A stretch of 27,514 bases of DNA from the NCBI GenBank assembly GCA_038230375.1, contig JBBRNJ010000103.1, positions 1 to 27,514 of the forward strand, given 5' to 3'. This stretch comes from Polyangiales bacterium (GTDB taxonomy: Bacteria > Myxococcota_A > Polyangia > Polyangiales > Polyangiaceae). Below are positions 8,520-17,524 of this stretch, one piece after another (positions within the stretch are counted from its first letter, which is position 1; each line of letters opens with the position of its first letter). Both the position numbers and the translations under genes were made by a program. The notes beneath the pieces were generated by a model. The model ran no database searches and was not told where the DNA came from. It saw only the letters and a program-made list of their open reading frames with translations.

Positions 8520-11500
8520 TCAGTCCGCGCCGGTGCCCTTGCGAATGACTTCGTAGAACTGCTCGAGGCCGGTCTCCGGATCGACGAGGAAGTCGTTCAC
8601 GTTGGTCGCGATGTTCGTGTAGTCGCTCGCGTTCAGCTTCGGGTTCGTGGGCGCTTGCTCGGGCGCAACGCGGTTCACGTCGGCGATGACGTCGACGATC
8701 ACCTCGAGCGGCGCGCGTCCCTTCTGCGGGCCGGACGTCATGGGCGTCACCATGTTGGTGAGCGCCACGGTGAGGACCTGGTTCGGATCCAGCTCGCGGT
8801 CGCAGCGCTCCGTCACGCCGTCGGTGTCGTAGGCCTTTCCCGAGACCTTGGCGAGCAGCGCCATCTGCGCGTCGATGATCGACTTCTGCGCGCCCTTGCC
8901 GTCCGGGCTGGGCCGGCTGATGTCCACGCCCTCCGACATGAAGTGGTAGAACGGCGTCATGTTCTCGTCGTCCTGGAGGATCTGGACGATGTCGTTGGTG
9001 CTGGCGAGCATCGCGGGGAGCGACTCGTTCTTGGAGGCGGCGTCCAGCAGGTAGTGGAGCATGCCGAGCAGCTCACGGCGGGCGTTGTCGTTCTTGCGAA
9101 TGCCGTCGGTCATGTCCATGAGGCCGGCGAACACGGGGCCCTTCACGGTGGCCTCCATCTTGGAGACGAGCTCGTCGCGGGCCCAGGCGCAGCGCGTCTG
9201 GTTCGGGCCGAACGTGTCCGCGCAGTGCGCGAAGAGCTGCGCGCGGAGCAGGTCGAGGACCTGCGGCGTGAGCTTGGGGAGGGTGGGGTTCTGGAACTTG
9301 GCGCTCGTGCCTACGCCCTGCACACTGACGAACTGGTCGACGAGCTGCGAGCGCGCGCGGCGCCACTGCGCCTGGCGATCCTTGTCGTCGGGGTGCGCGG
9401 TCGCGTAGTCGACGAACGCCTGATCGATGTTGCTGAGGGCGCCCGTGAGCAGGTACGCGGGCGTTACCTGCGGGTTGGTCTTGCCGTCGTTGCGGAGCGA
9501 GGTGACCTTGCCATTGCGATCCTTGAGGCCGATCGAGGCGGCGTACTTCGGATCGAGCATCGCGCGCGTTGTGCGGGCGAGCACGGACACGCCGTTCAGG
9601 TTCTGCGACTTGGTGCAGAGCTTCGTGGTGGCGTCGAAGGTGTCACAGTGCGGCACCTGGATCTTGGTGAGCGCCTGTGTGGTGGCAACAAGCGCCGGGA
9701 TCACGTCCGAGACGAGCATCTCGGACAGGAGCGGCTCGTACGTGGCGAGGCCATCGCGCACGCAGGTCGCGCCGCCGATGATCTTGCACTCGGACGCCGT
9801 CGCGTCCTTGGTGTTGTAGTGACGAACCGTGGCGTTCGCGAGCTCCAGGAACAGGTCCTCGCGGCCGTGCGAGACGAACGCCGTGAGCAGCGGCTTCATC
9901 GCTTCGTAGAAGCCGAACTCCTCCCACTGGAACAGAGAGCCCTTGTTGCGCTGCTGGATCCACTCGCCATCAGCGCAGGTGCGCAGGCCGTGGACCTTGC
10001 CGTCGGGGGATGCATCTGCGGCGCCGGGATCCGGATCGGTGATGACGCGCTCGGGGCACGTGGACGAGCCGATGTACGTGCCGTTCAGGTCCTTGAGGAA
10101 GTTCTTCGTGAGGGTGTTCTTGTTGTCGTTCACCTGATCGAAGAACACCAGGCGGTTCAGCCACTGAGGACGCGGGTGGAAGATCGAAGTGCCCGTACCG
10201 TCGTAGAAGCCGTAGGTGTCGTTCGCGCCGAGGCCGATGCCGCTCGACTGTTCGATCATGTCGACGGTGGCCTTGCCGATGCCGACGATGCCATTGCGGA
10301 GGACGTTGGGTCGGAAGTACAGGTTCGCCTTCCCGACGATGGCGTCCAGGTAGAAGGCCGCCATGTTCTCGATCTTGAAGACCTCGCACTCGTGCCACGG
10401 CCGGGTCCCGAACAGCGAGCAATCCGCAAGCGCGCCCGCGCAGATGTCAGCGGTGCCGAGCAGCGGAACGCCAACGGCGTGGAGCACTGCGCCCTCCTTG
10501 TTGCAGGCGGTGACGCCGGTGGCGTCGTTCACCATCTGGAGAAAGCGCGCCATGCCGCTGCGGTTCAGGCCGGTGTACGGCTTGGTGCGGTCGACCGGCG
10601 TCTTCGGCTCCGAGAAGTCACCCGTGGTGAGGTTCTTCGGCGGGCCGTTCAGCTTGGCCTGGTCGTAGCTGATGTCGTCCTTGAACTGGGAGTAGCGACC
10701 GTACAGCTGACCGAGCTGCGCGCTCGCGGGGTCAGAGAGCGCGGTGAGCATGTCCTCCAGGAGGCCGGGCTCCTGCGAGATCTTCACCATCGTGTCCAGG
10801 TTCTCGTCCCAGAACGTGGAGGTCGGCGGGATGGTCGCCTCCGGGTGCGCGTCCGCGATGGTCTTTGCGTTGAGCATGGCGCCCGTGATGCGCGCGGTCT
10901 CCTGCACGTTGGTCGTGAGGAGCGCCTTGGTCATGGACAGCGTGTCGTCGGACGTGGAGTCGCCCAGGATCTGCATGATCGCGTAGACCAGGTCGAGCAT
11001 GGGCGAGTTCTCGCCATGGAACTGGTTGTATTTTACAACATCCTTCCCATACGTCTTCGACGACGTGTAGCTGCCGTCGCGCTGGCCCATGATCACGTAC
11101 GTGCCGGCGATCACGTCGGTCAGCGTCTCGTGCTTCGCCATGGGGTCGGGGTTCACGAGCGGCAACATGTCCGTGATCAGCTGCGCCGCGAACGTGTGAG
11201 ACGTGTCGATGTAGTCGTAGGTCAGCGACGAGCCGTTCTGAACGGCGCGGCCGAACTGATCGCGCACGATCTTCGGCGCGCCGAAGTAATCGAACGGCGC
11301 GGCCGGTGCCGTGCGATCGGCGGTCACGAATGAGCCCCCATCGTCCACGTCCGGAAGGCCGTCGCTGTCCATGTCCACGAAGGGCGAGACGACCTTGCCG
11401 CCAGCGAGCTGCGCGTACCCACGCACGTCACGACGCACGATGAAGCGCGAGTCGCCCTGACCGAACGTCGCGTCCGTCACGAAGAAGACGGACTGCATGA

Positions 11501-12464
11501 ACTCCAGGTTGCCGCGCGGTCGCGAGATGATGCTGCGCCCGGTCTGCGGATCCAGCTTCACGCCGAGCAGGCCTGGCGGCGGGTCTGCCTTGGAGTCGCG
11601 CAGCTCGAAGTGCGAGGCCTCGAGCAGCTTGGAGAATGACTCGTATGCGGGGCCGGGGACGGGGACGCGCTTGCCGTCCGCGTCGAGCTTGGGCGCGGGA
11701 TCGTACGGCAGCGAGTCCGCCGAGAGCACGGAGAGCGACGCGTTCGAGAAGTCGCGCAGGCGCGGATAGCTGATGGCGGGGCGCGCGGCGCCGAGCGAGA
11801 TGGAGAGCGGGCGATAGCCCTTGCGGGCGTCGAAGCGCGACCAGCTCTTGCGGTACTCGGGGTGTTTTTCGTCACCAAACGCCGTGATGAGGCGCGCGAG
11901 CGACTCGGTGGACTGCGGCACGGTGCCGTCGTTGTAGAGCGGGGCGAAGCGCGAGATCATCTCCGCGAGCTGCACGCCGAGCTTGTCCGTGTCGACGCCG
12001 GCGGGCGCGTTGCACGTGAGCTTGGGGTCGCCGTTTGCCGTGTCCTTGATGGGGACCTGCACGTCGGGGATGGTCGCGTCGAGCGCCGCGATCATGTCGT
12101 TGCGACGATGCGCGAGCGCCTCGATGCGGGCGATGCCGTGTGTGCGCGTGGCCTGCTGGGTGGCCTCGTCCACGGGCTTGCCGTCGTGGTCGTAGGCGAC
12201 GCCGCTGATCACGGGCAGCCGCGAGGGGTCGACCTTGTCCTGGTAGGTGCCAGACGCGTCCTTGTGGCAGAGCGGACGGAAGGAGCTGCCTGTCAGATCG
12301 TCGCGGAGCGCCTGCGCGCCGGCGCGATCACAGAGGACGCCATAGACCTCCTCGCCGGTCGTTCCACGCGGGATCGCAGCCCGCGAGGTGTCGAACTCGG
12401 CACACGAGGCGATTTGGGTCGCGAGCAAAGTGAGCCCCGTGAGGGGAATAAGGCGTCGTCGCAC
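8520..12464 (-). CDS. Giant (~1314 aa) lipoprotein of unknown function
   Basis: GTG 12464 preceded by GGAGG at 7 nt spacing. Signal peptide MRRRLIPLTGLTLLATQIASC (lipobox IASC), strong high-GC codon bias, a DxDxDG motif (DMDSDGLPD) and several Cys pairs. Confidence 0.9.
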   Translation of the reverse strand: MRRRLIPLTGLTLLATQIASCAEFDTSRAAIPRGTTGEEVYGVLCDRAGAQALRDDLTGSSFRPLCHKDASGTYQDKVDPSRLPVISGVAYDHDGKPVDEATQQATRTHGIARIEALAHRRNDMIAALDATIPDVQVPIKDTANGDPKLTCNAPAGVDTDKLGVQLAEMISRFAPLYNDGTVPQSTESLARLITAFGDEKHPEYRKSWSRFDARKGYRPLSISLGAARPAISYPRLRDFSNASLSVLSADSLPYDPAPKLDADGKRVPVPGPAYESFSKLLEASHFELRDSKADPPPGLLGVKLDPQTGRSIISRPRGNLEFMQSVFFVTDATFGQGDSRFIVRRDVRGYAQLAGGKVVSPFVDMDSDGLPDVDDGGSFVTADRTAPAAPFDYFGAPKIVRDQFGRAVQNGSSLTYDYIDTSHTFAAQLITDMLPLVNPDPMAKHETLTDVIAGTYVIMGQRDGSYTSSKTYGKDVVKYNQFHGENSPMLDLVYAIMQILGDSTSDDTLSMTKALLTTNVQETARITGAMLNAKTIADAHPEATIPPTSTFWDENLDTMVKISQEPGLLEDMLTALSDPASAQLGQLYGRYSQFKDDISYDQAKLNGPPKNLTTGDFSEPKTPVDRTKPYTGLNRSGMARFLQMVNDATGVTACNKEGAVLHAVGVPLLGTADICAGALADCSLFGTRPWHECEVFKIENMAAFYLDAIVGKANLYFRPNVLRNGIVGIGKATVDMIEQSSGIGLGANDTYGFYDGTGTSIFHPRPQWLNRLVFFDQVNDNKNTLTKNFLKDLNGTYIGSSTCPERVITDPDPGAADASPDGKVHGLRTCADGEWIQQRNKGSLFQWEEFGFYEAMKPLLTAFVSHGREDLFLELANATVRHYNTKDATASECKIIGGATCVRDGLATYEPLLSEMLVSDVIPALVATTQALTKIQVPHCDTFDATTKLCTKSQNLNGVSVLARTTRAMLDPKYAASIGLKDRNGKVTSLRNDGKTNPQVTPAYLLTGALSNIDQAFVDYATAHPDDKDRQAQWRRARSQLVDQFVSVQGVGTSAKFQNPTLPKLTPQVLDLLRAQLFAHCADTFGPNQTRCAWARDELVSKMEATVKGPVFAGLMDMTDGIRKNDNARRELLGMLHYLLDAASKNESLPAMLASTNDIVQILQDDENMTPFYHFMSEGVDISRPSPDGKGAQKSIIDAQMALLAKVSGKAYDTDGVTERCDRELDPNQVLTVALTNMVTPMTSGPQKGRAPLEVIVDVIADVNRVAPEQAPTNPKLNASDYTNIATNVNDFLVDPETGLEQFYEVIRKGTGAD

Positions 12465-12584
12465 AGCGCGTCCTCCAGACAGCTTGATCCTGCCCTGACG
12501 GGTCCCGGTTCTCAACCTACGCGTGAGCGAGCATGTCGGTTCGTGACGCGCCGCGTTGGACTTCGGCCGGCGCCGATCGGGCTG

Positions 12585-13232
12585 TCATGGGAGGGCAGCC
12601 CGCCGGAGTCGCACCACGAGGGCGGCGATGAACTCACGAAGCTCGGACGGCGTCAGATCAGCGGGAAGCTTGGCACCCTCGGCGATTGTGACCTCGGAAA
12701 GGAGCCACGCGAGCGTAGCTGGGGTCGCCCCCCCATCCTTTGCGAGCGCTGCAGACAGGAAGTCTTCGATGCGCAGGCCAGCGCGCTCCAGGAACAGGAG
12801 GTCGACTATGTCACGCTCTTCCATTCTGCCCGCGACGGCTGTGAGCTTGTTGGCGAGGATCTCGTCCATGGGATCCACGAGCACAGCACCCATCCGTAAT
12901 TTCTGCGGCCTGAGCTGCGCGACGCGCTCGAGCACCGTGTCCACCACGAGTGCATCATCCCCACGCACGACCGCATACCGACGGAATCCGGGACCGTCCA
13001 GCCGCACCTCCAGGTTTGCGCCGAGGCCTGCCGCGGCCTCGCCCATGATTTGCCGCGCTCTCTGAAAGGCCTCGGGATCGACGGTGAACAGATCAAGATC
13101 GTCGGTCGTTCGATGTCCGAGATGGAAGCCGGCAAGCGCCGCTCCACCAGTCAGAAACAGCGAATCCCCTGCGTGTTGAAAGATCGCTTCGAGGACCTCA
13201 CGCTGGAATGGCGTGAGCTTAGAGGAGACCAT
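12585..13232 (-). CDS. AbiEii/AbiGii-family nucleotidyltransferase (type IV TA toxin)
   Basis: Motifs LTGGAALAGFHLGHRTTDDLDLF and ILANKLTAV..R...RDIVDL. ATG 13232 overlaps the stop of the upstream gene. Confidence 0.85.
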   Translation of the reverse strand: MVSSKLTPFQREVLEAIFQHAGDSLFLTGGAALAGFHLGHRTTDDLDLFTVDPEAFQRARQIMGEAAAGLGANLEVRLDGPGFRRYAVVRGDDALVVDTVLERVAQLRPQKLRMGAVLVDPMDEILANKLTAVAGRMEERDIVDLLFLERAGLRIEDFLSAALAKDGGATPATLAWLLSEVTIAEGAKLPADLTPSELREFIAALVVRLRRAALP

Positions 13233-13518
13233 CGCGGGTCCAGCCGTTGATGAGAAACTCCCAGAATGGCGCGCGCCGACCAAGGCGTCTGGTGAGGCGG
13301 GGGAGTGCTTCCGCCACGTCCCTGGGGGCCACGAAGGTCCAGACGTCGGTGTCGCGCGCTTCTCGAAGCATCTTGCCAAGAAGGCGATCGCGCTCGCACG
13401 CGCCGGGGACGTCATCCCGCGCGAGGACTGCGCGTAGCTCTCCAACGCTCACGTCCTCATCCCAGAGGAAGTACGGGCGCCGTTCTTCGCAGGTCAGATC
13501 GAATGTGATGGGCCGCAC
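13219..13518 (-). CDS. Small protein, probable cognate antitoxin/partner of the AbiEii-type toxin
   Basis: 99 aa with RPYFLWDED...MLREARDTDVW...FWEFL; overlaps the toxin start by 14 bp in a two-gene TA layout. Confidence 0.7.
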   Translation of the reverse strand: MRPITFDLTCEERRPYFLWDEDVSVGELRAVLARDDVPGACERDRLLGKMLREARDTDVWTFVAPRDVAEALPRLTRRLGRRAPFWEFLINGWTRDGLL

Positions 13519-13597
13519 CCGTTCATTGTGGCACGGCGTTGTTGCCTGGCGGTCGAGATCTTCAGACAGGATTCACGAAACGGGCTAAAAAAGCCCT

Positions 13598-15028
13598 ATG
13601 TCCGATGCATCGCTCGCCACCACGTCCGCCATCATCCTTGCCGCGGGGCAGGGCACGCGCATGAAGAGCGCGCTGCCGAAGGTGCTCCACGAGATCTGTG
13701 GTCGGCCGCTCGTGCATTACCCGGTGCGCGCGGCGCTCGACAGCGGCTGCAAGGAGGTCGTTGTCGTCGTCGGCCACGGCCGCGAGAAGGTCGAGGCGTA
13801 CCTGAGCAAGGCGTTCGGCGCGCGCGTGAAGACGGCGCTGCAGGAGAAGCAGCTGGGCACGGGCGACGCCGCGAAGGCGGGCCTTCTGGCGGTGTCCCCG
13901 GAGTGCGAGCGCGTGATCATCTACATGGGTGACGTGCCGCTGCTCTTGCCGGAGGATGCGTCGAAGATCGCGAGCGCGCTCGATCACGACGCCGCGGCCG
14001 CCATCTCCATGGCCACGTGCGAGGTCGCGGACCCCACCGGCTACGGCCGCATCCTGCGCGACGCGCACGGGCAGATCGTCGAGATCCGTGAGCACCGCGA
14101 TCTCAAGACGGAGGCGGAGAAGGCCACGCGCGAGATGAACCCCGCGATCTACGCCGCCAGTCTCGCGTTCCTGCGCGAGGCGATCGCGGACCTCAAGCCG
14201 GTCAACGCGCAGGGCGAGTACTACCTCACGGACATCGTGAAATTCGCGGTCTCGCGCGCGCTGCGGGTCATCGGCGTTCCGTCGCGACCGGACATCGTCA
14301 TCGGCATCAACGATCGCCAGCAACTCGTCGAGGCGGAGGCGATCATGAGCGAGCGCATCGTCCGCGCGCATCGTGTGTCGGGCGTCACGGTCCGCGCGGG
14401 CGCACGCATCGACGACGGCATCGCGATCGGCAAGGACGCAGTCATCGAGACGAACGCGGTCCTCCGCGGCGGCACCGTGATCGGTGAACGCGCAGTGATC
14501 GACGTGGGCTGCGTGCTCACGAACGTGAAGGTGGAGGAGGGCGCCCTGGTGAAGCCGTACTCCGTCGCGCAGGACTCGGTGATCGGGAAGAACGCGCAGG
14601 TCGGCCCGTTCTCGCACCTGCGTCCCGACAGCACCATCGGTGAAGACGCGCACGTCGGCAACTTCGTCGAGACCAAGAAGACAACGCTGGGTCGCGGCGC
14701 GAAGGCGAACCACCTTGCGTACCTGGGCGACGGCATCATCGGCGAGGGCGCGAACGTGGGCGCCGGCACCATCTTCTGCAACTACGACGGCTTCCAGAAG
14801 CACACGACGCGCATCGAGAAGGGCGCGTTCATCGGCTCCGACTCGCAGCTCGTTGCGCCGGTCACCATCGGCGAGGGCGCGTACGTCGCCACGGGCACCA
14901 CGGTCACCCGCGACGTACCCGCCAACGCGCTCGCCATCTCCCGAACGAAGCAAGAGAACAAAGAGGGCTACGCCGAGAAGCTACGGTCGCGAATGAAGGC
15001 CGCGAAGGAAGCGGCGTCGAAGAAGTAG
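13598..15028 (+). CDS. glmU: Bifunctional UDP-N-acetylglucosamine pyrophosphorylase / glucosamine-1-phosphate N-acetyltransferase
   Basis: ILAAGQGTRMKSALPKVLH, QLGTG, GYGRI, NAQGEYYLTD, hexapeptide repeats, GNFVETK, HLAYLGD, CNYDG, FIGSDSQLVAPV. Confidence 0.98.
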   Translation: MSDASLATTSAIILAAGQGTRMKSALPKVLHEICGRPLVHYPVRAALDSGCKEVVVVVGHGREKVEAYLSKAFGARVKTALQEKQLGTGDAAKAGLLAVSPECERVIIYMGDVPLLLPEDASKIASALDHDAAAAISMATCEVADPTGYGRILRDAHGQIVEIREHRDLKTEAEKATREMNPAIYAASLAFLREAIADLKPVNAQGEYYLTDIVKFAVSRALRVIGVPSRPDIVIGINDRQQLVEAEAIMSERIVRAHRVSGVTVRAGARIDDGIAIGKDAVIETNAVLRGGTVIGERAVIDVGCVLTNVKVEEGALVKPYSVAQDSVIGKNAQVGPFSHLRPDSTIGEDAHVGNFVETKKTTLGRGAKANHLAYLGDGIIGEGANVGAGTIFCNYDGFQKHTTRIEKGAFIGSDSQLVAPVTIGEGAYVATGTTVTRDVPANALAISRTKQENKEGYAEKLRSRMKAAKEAASKK

Positions 15029-15057
15029 AGGTCGAGGCCGAGGTCGAGGTCGACGTC
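15028..15057 (+). repeat. (GTCGAG)n hexamer tract filling the whole gap between convergent stop codons
   Basis: TAG-AG GTCGAG GCCGAG GTCGAG GTCGAC G-TCA. Confidence 0.85.
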
Positions 15058-15913
15058 AGAGGCACGCCTTCGCGACGGCCTCTTGCTTCTCCTTTGGCAG
15101 CGCCACGTCTTCCCCCATCACCGTCACCGTGAGCTTCCCCGCGTGGACGCCGTACAGCACCAGGTTCTCGAACCTCTCCGGTTGGTTCACGCCCAGGCTC
15201 GCAGAGAAGCCATCGGGCTCGTCGATCGGGCCCCAGCCTCCCAGGCTGCGATCGCTGTAGTGTGCATCTATCTCGCGCTGCGTATCCGCCAGCAGCTTCT
15301 TCACCGCCGGTACATCGCGGACTGCGGCTGCCGCTGCCAGGTGGCACCCCGCGAGCTTGATCGTCGACGCGCGTCCTTGCGTCGGGGCGTCGGTCTCCTC
15401 CACGATCTCGAGCGCGCCTCCGTCGCCGCGCGCAATTCCCACCCGCGCAGCGACGTCCAACTGCTTTCCAGCGCCGGAGTGCTTCGTGAACGCCGCCCGC
15501 ATGTCGCCATTGTCGCCACGCACGATCGCGATGTCGGAGGTGATGCTCTGATGAAATGTGGAGCCGGGCCCCAGCGCGCGCGACTTGGCGGCAAGCACCA
15601 CCGCACGTGGCACGTCGCGCCCGTAGAACAGCACGCGCGGCGCGTACAGTGGACTGAGCGCCGCCGTGTCGTGCGTGTCGAGAGCGTGACTCCACGACCG
15701 CACGATCTCCTTCGCTGCCTCGGTATCTCCTCCGGCATCAGCGGTCGTGCCGGTGAGCGCGACACTCGCGGCGGCGGTGGGAGTCGCGGACGCGGTGATG
15801 GTCGCATCGTTCGGGATCTGCGCGCCGGCGTCGCTCGTGGCGGACGGCGCCGGCTTGCACGCAAGGACCAGCGAGATCAGACCGAGTGCGAGAAGAGCGC
15901 CACGCATCCACAT
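15056..15913 (-). CDS. Putative lipoprotein with NTF2/SnoaL-like segment
   Basis: MWMRGALLALGLISLVLAC lipobox and Ala/Thr linker. EIVRSWSHALDTHDTAALSPLYAPRVLFYG resembles the NTF2-like N-terminal helices. Confidence 0.65.
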   Translation of the reverse strand: MWMRGALLALGLISLVLACKPAPSATSDAGAQIPNDATITASATPTAAASVALTGTTADAGGDTEAAKEIVRSWSHALDTHDTAALSPLYAPRVLFYGRDVPRAVVLAAKSRALGPGSTFHQSITSDIAIVRGDNGDMRAAFTKHSGAGKQLDVAARVGIARGDGGALEIVEETDAPTQGRASTIKLAGCHLAAAAAVRDVPAVKKLLADTQREIDAHYSDRSLGGWGPIDEPDGFSASLGVNQPERFENLVLYGVHAGKLTVTVMGEDVALPKEKQEAVAKACL

Positions 15914-15944
15914 CGCGCTCGGTCTATCACGACTCCCCCCTCCA

Positions 15945-16676
15945 TCAATGACGCCGGCGCCCGCCGCCGTCCTGATCGCAGCGGCGGAACATGTGTCCGT
16001 GCTTGTCGCGGCACGGTCGCGGCGCACCTGCGTCGTCTGCGGCCGGCACGCCTGCGTCGTCCGCGCCCGGGTCGACACCGGGGTCGACGGCCGCGTCGGG
16101 GTCCGCGTTCGGGTCGACACCGGGGTCAACGGCCGCGTCGGGATCCGCGTTCGGGTCGACAGCCGCGTCGGGGTCCGCGTTCGGGTCCGTCGCTGCGTCG
16201 GCGCCGCCGTCCGCGGTGCCCGGATCGATCGGACCTGCATCCGTGTCGGTCGCGGGACCTCCGTCAGCGTTCGGGTTCTGGCCGGCGTCGTCGTCGGTGC
16301 GAACGGCCGGGTCCACCTGGTTGCTCGTGTCCGACCAGCCGTCGCCCGGAATGGGGGCGGCGGAGCCCATGCAGGCCGTCAGGAACGGAGCCGCGGCGAG
16401 TGCGGCGGTGGCGGCGACGTTCCGGAGGAGGCCCTCGGTGCGCATGAACATCGTGTCCTGGAACCACACGTTCCCTTGCTCGTCATACATGTACCTTACA
16501 CACAAGCCCTCGGTGGCCGGCGTGGACAGGAGCTTCTTCGCGTCCTTCTCCTTCATCGAGCGGAGGTCATGAACGACCTTCTTGCACTCGCCGCAGAAGC
16601 GGGACTTCTCGCGCGGGCTCATGCTCGTCCAGTCCTGCCCGCACGGCGTCGCAATCGGGATGTCGCTCGTCTTCAT
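15945..16676 (-). CDS. Hypothetical protein: N-terminal 4-Cys domain, hydrophobic segment with internal lipobox-like LTAC, acidic repeats
   Basis: PC..DW..M...RFCGECKKVVHDL...LCVRY, then AATAALAAAPFLTAC, then DPNADPDAAV x3. Confidence 0.75.
   Translation of the reverse strand: MKTSDIPIATPCGQDWTSMSPREKSRFCGECKKVVHDLRSMKEKDAKKLLSTPATEGLCVRYMYDEQGNVWFQDTMFMRTEGLLRNVAATAALAAAPFLTACMGSAAPIPGDGWSDTSNQVDPAVRTDDDAGQNPNADGGPATDTDAGPIDPGTADGGADAATDPNADPDAAVDPNADPDAAVDPGVDPNADPDAAVDPGVDPGADDAGVPAADDAGAPRPCRDKHGHMFRRCDQDGGGRRRH
16066..16188 (-). repeat. Coding tandem repeat (DPNADPDAAV / DPGV units)
   Basis: 30-42 bp units such as GGCCGCGTCGGGGTCCGCGTTCGGGTC, three copies. Confidence 0.85.
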
Positions 16677-16688
16677 GCAGACGGATAG

Positions 16689-16704
16689 AGCAACCGATGT
16701 GCCG
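16689..16704 (-). promoter_or_regulatory. Putative sigma54 -24/-12 promoter, probably giving a near-leaderless mRNA
   Basis: Minus strand reads CGGCACA-TCGG-TTGCT (GG-N10-GC). Predicted start ~16678 is next to ATG 16676, and no SD is visible. Confidence 0.6.
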
Positions 16705-16822
16705 AGCCGCGGATCCGGCACGATTTGCGGCGAATCATCAAAAACGGCGGGTTTCGTGAGATCCGACCGCCGCGAACCACGACATTCCAGTCCTTCTCAA
16801 CGTGTACTTCGAGAATGCTCGT

Positions 16823-17200
16823 TTACGCGGGCTTCGGCTTGTACACGAGCAGCAGGACAGCCAGCACGGCCTCCAGCATCATGCCCGAGCCCACCTGCCC
16901 GAACGTCATCTCGTGCGAGCCGATGACCGCGACGTCCGCGCCCACATTCACGAGGAGGCAGACGGCATAGAGCCGCGCAAGCGCCGGGGACGCGTCCGGA
17001 TCCTTCGCGATGAGGCCCGAGATGAGCCCGCTCGCAGCGAGCAGCCCACCGAACATCCGGATGAGCGCCAGGAGTGACTCCGGCGATGCATCGACCTTGA
17101 ACGCACCAGCGGCGGCCGTGGGGCTCACCACCGCGAGCCCGCCCACCACCACCCCGAAAAGCGCGTTGAGCGACGCGACCACACGAACGATTCCCCTCAT
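16823..17200 (-). CDS. Small integral membrane protein (about 4 TM helices)
   Basis: ATG 17200; four hydrophobic segments in 125 aa. Confidence 0.75.
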   Translation of the reverse strand: MRGIVRVVASLNALFGVVVGGLAVVSPTAAAGAFKVDASPESLLALIRMFGGLLAASGLISGLIAKDPDASPALARLYAVCLLVNVGADVAVIGSHEMTFGQVGSGMMLEAVLAVLLLVYKPKPA

Positions 17201-17256
17201 GATCGCGACCGTACGCGCGAACCGAGCCGCTGGATCCGCCTCTCTCGTCTTTTTTT

Positions 17257-17282
17257 TGTAACGTTCGCGCACCTCCTCCGAC
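17257..17282 (+). promoter_or_regulatory. Putative ECF sigma-factor promoter (TGTAAC-N16-CGAC)
   Basis: TGTAAC at 17257-17262, 16-nt spacer, CGAC at 17279-17282, with a T-tract upstream. Sits immediately before the ECF sigma remnant. Confidence 0.6.
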
Positions 17283-17284
17283 TC

Positions 17285-17524
17285 ATGGGAAATGAAGACG
17301 CTCCAAGCTGCGGACGTGGGTGATCGCAATACTGTCGAACAAGATCACCGATCACTTCCGCTCGGCCGCAGTGCGGAAGGTCGTCGACGACGAGGATCCA
17401 GAGCTCGTCGCCGCGGCCTCTTCACGAGGCCTGCGTCGCGCTCGACGTGAGCGCCGGTAAGCTTCGCGTGCTGCTCCATCGCGGAAGGAATCGACTTCGG
17501 AGGATCCTGGAAAGTGCACAATAG
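17285..17524 (+). pseudogene. Disrupted ECF RNA polymerase sigma factor (fragments of regions 2 and 4)
   Basis: From 17299: RSKLRTWVIAILSNKITDHFR (region 2). After a +1 frame change, 17426-17524: EACVALDVSAGKLRVLLHRGRNRLRRILESAQ* (region 4.2). The N-terminus and most of the linker are missing. Confidence 0.8.

Noticed and set aside
8457..11333. 958-aa + strand ORF (and similar long ORFs at 1757-3925, 13562-14953, 7007-8068, 18026-19063)
   Set aside because: Antisense shadows of real genes. High-GC codon bias leaves the opposite strand stop-poor, and the translations are Arg/Val/His-rich with no motifs.
13529..13545. TGGCACG...TTGC upstream of glmU as a sigma54 promoter
   Set aside because: GG-to-GC spacing is 12, not the required 10.
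12516..13597. TA cassette as part of an IS or prophage
   Set aside because: No transposase, integrase, terminal inverted repeats or target duplication could be seen.
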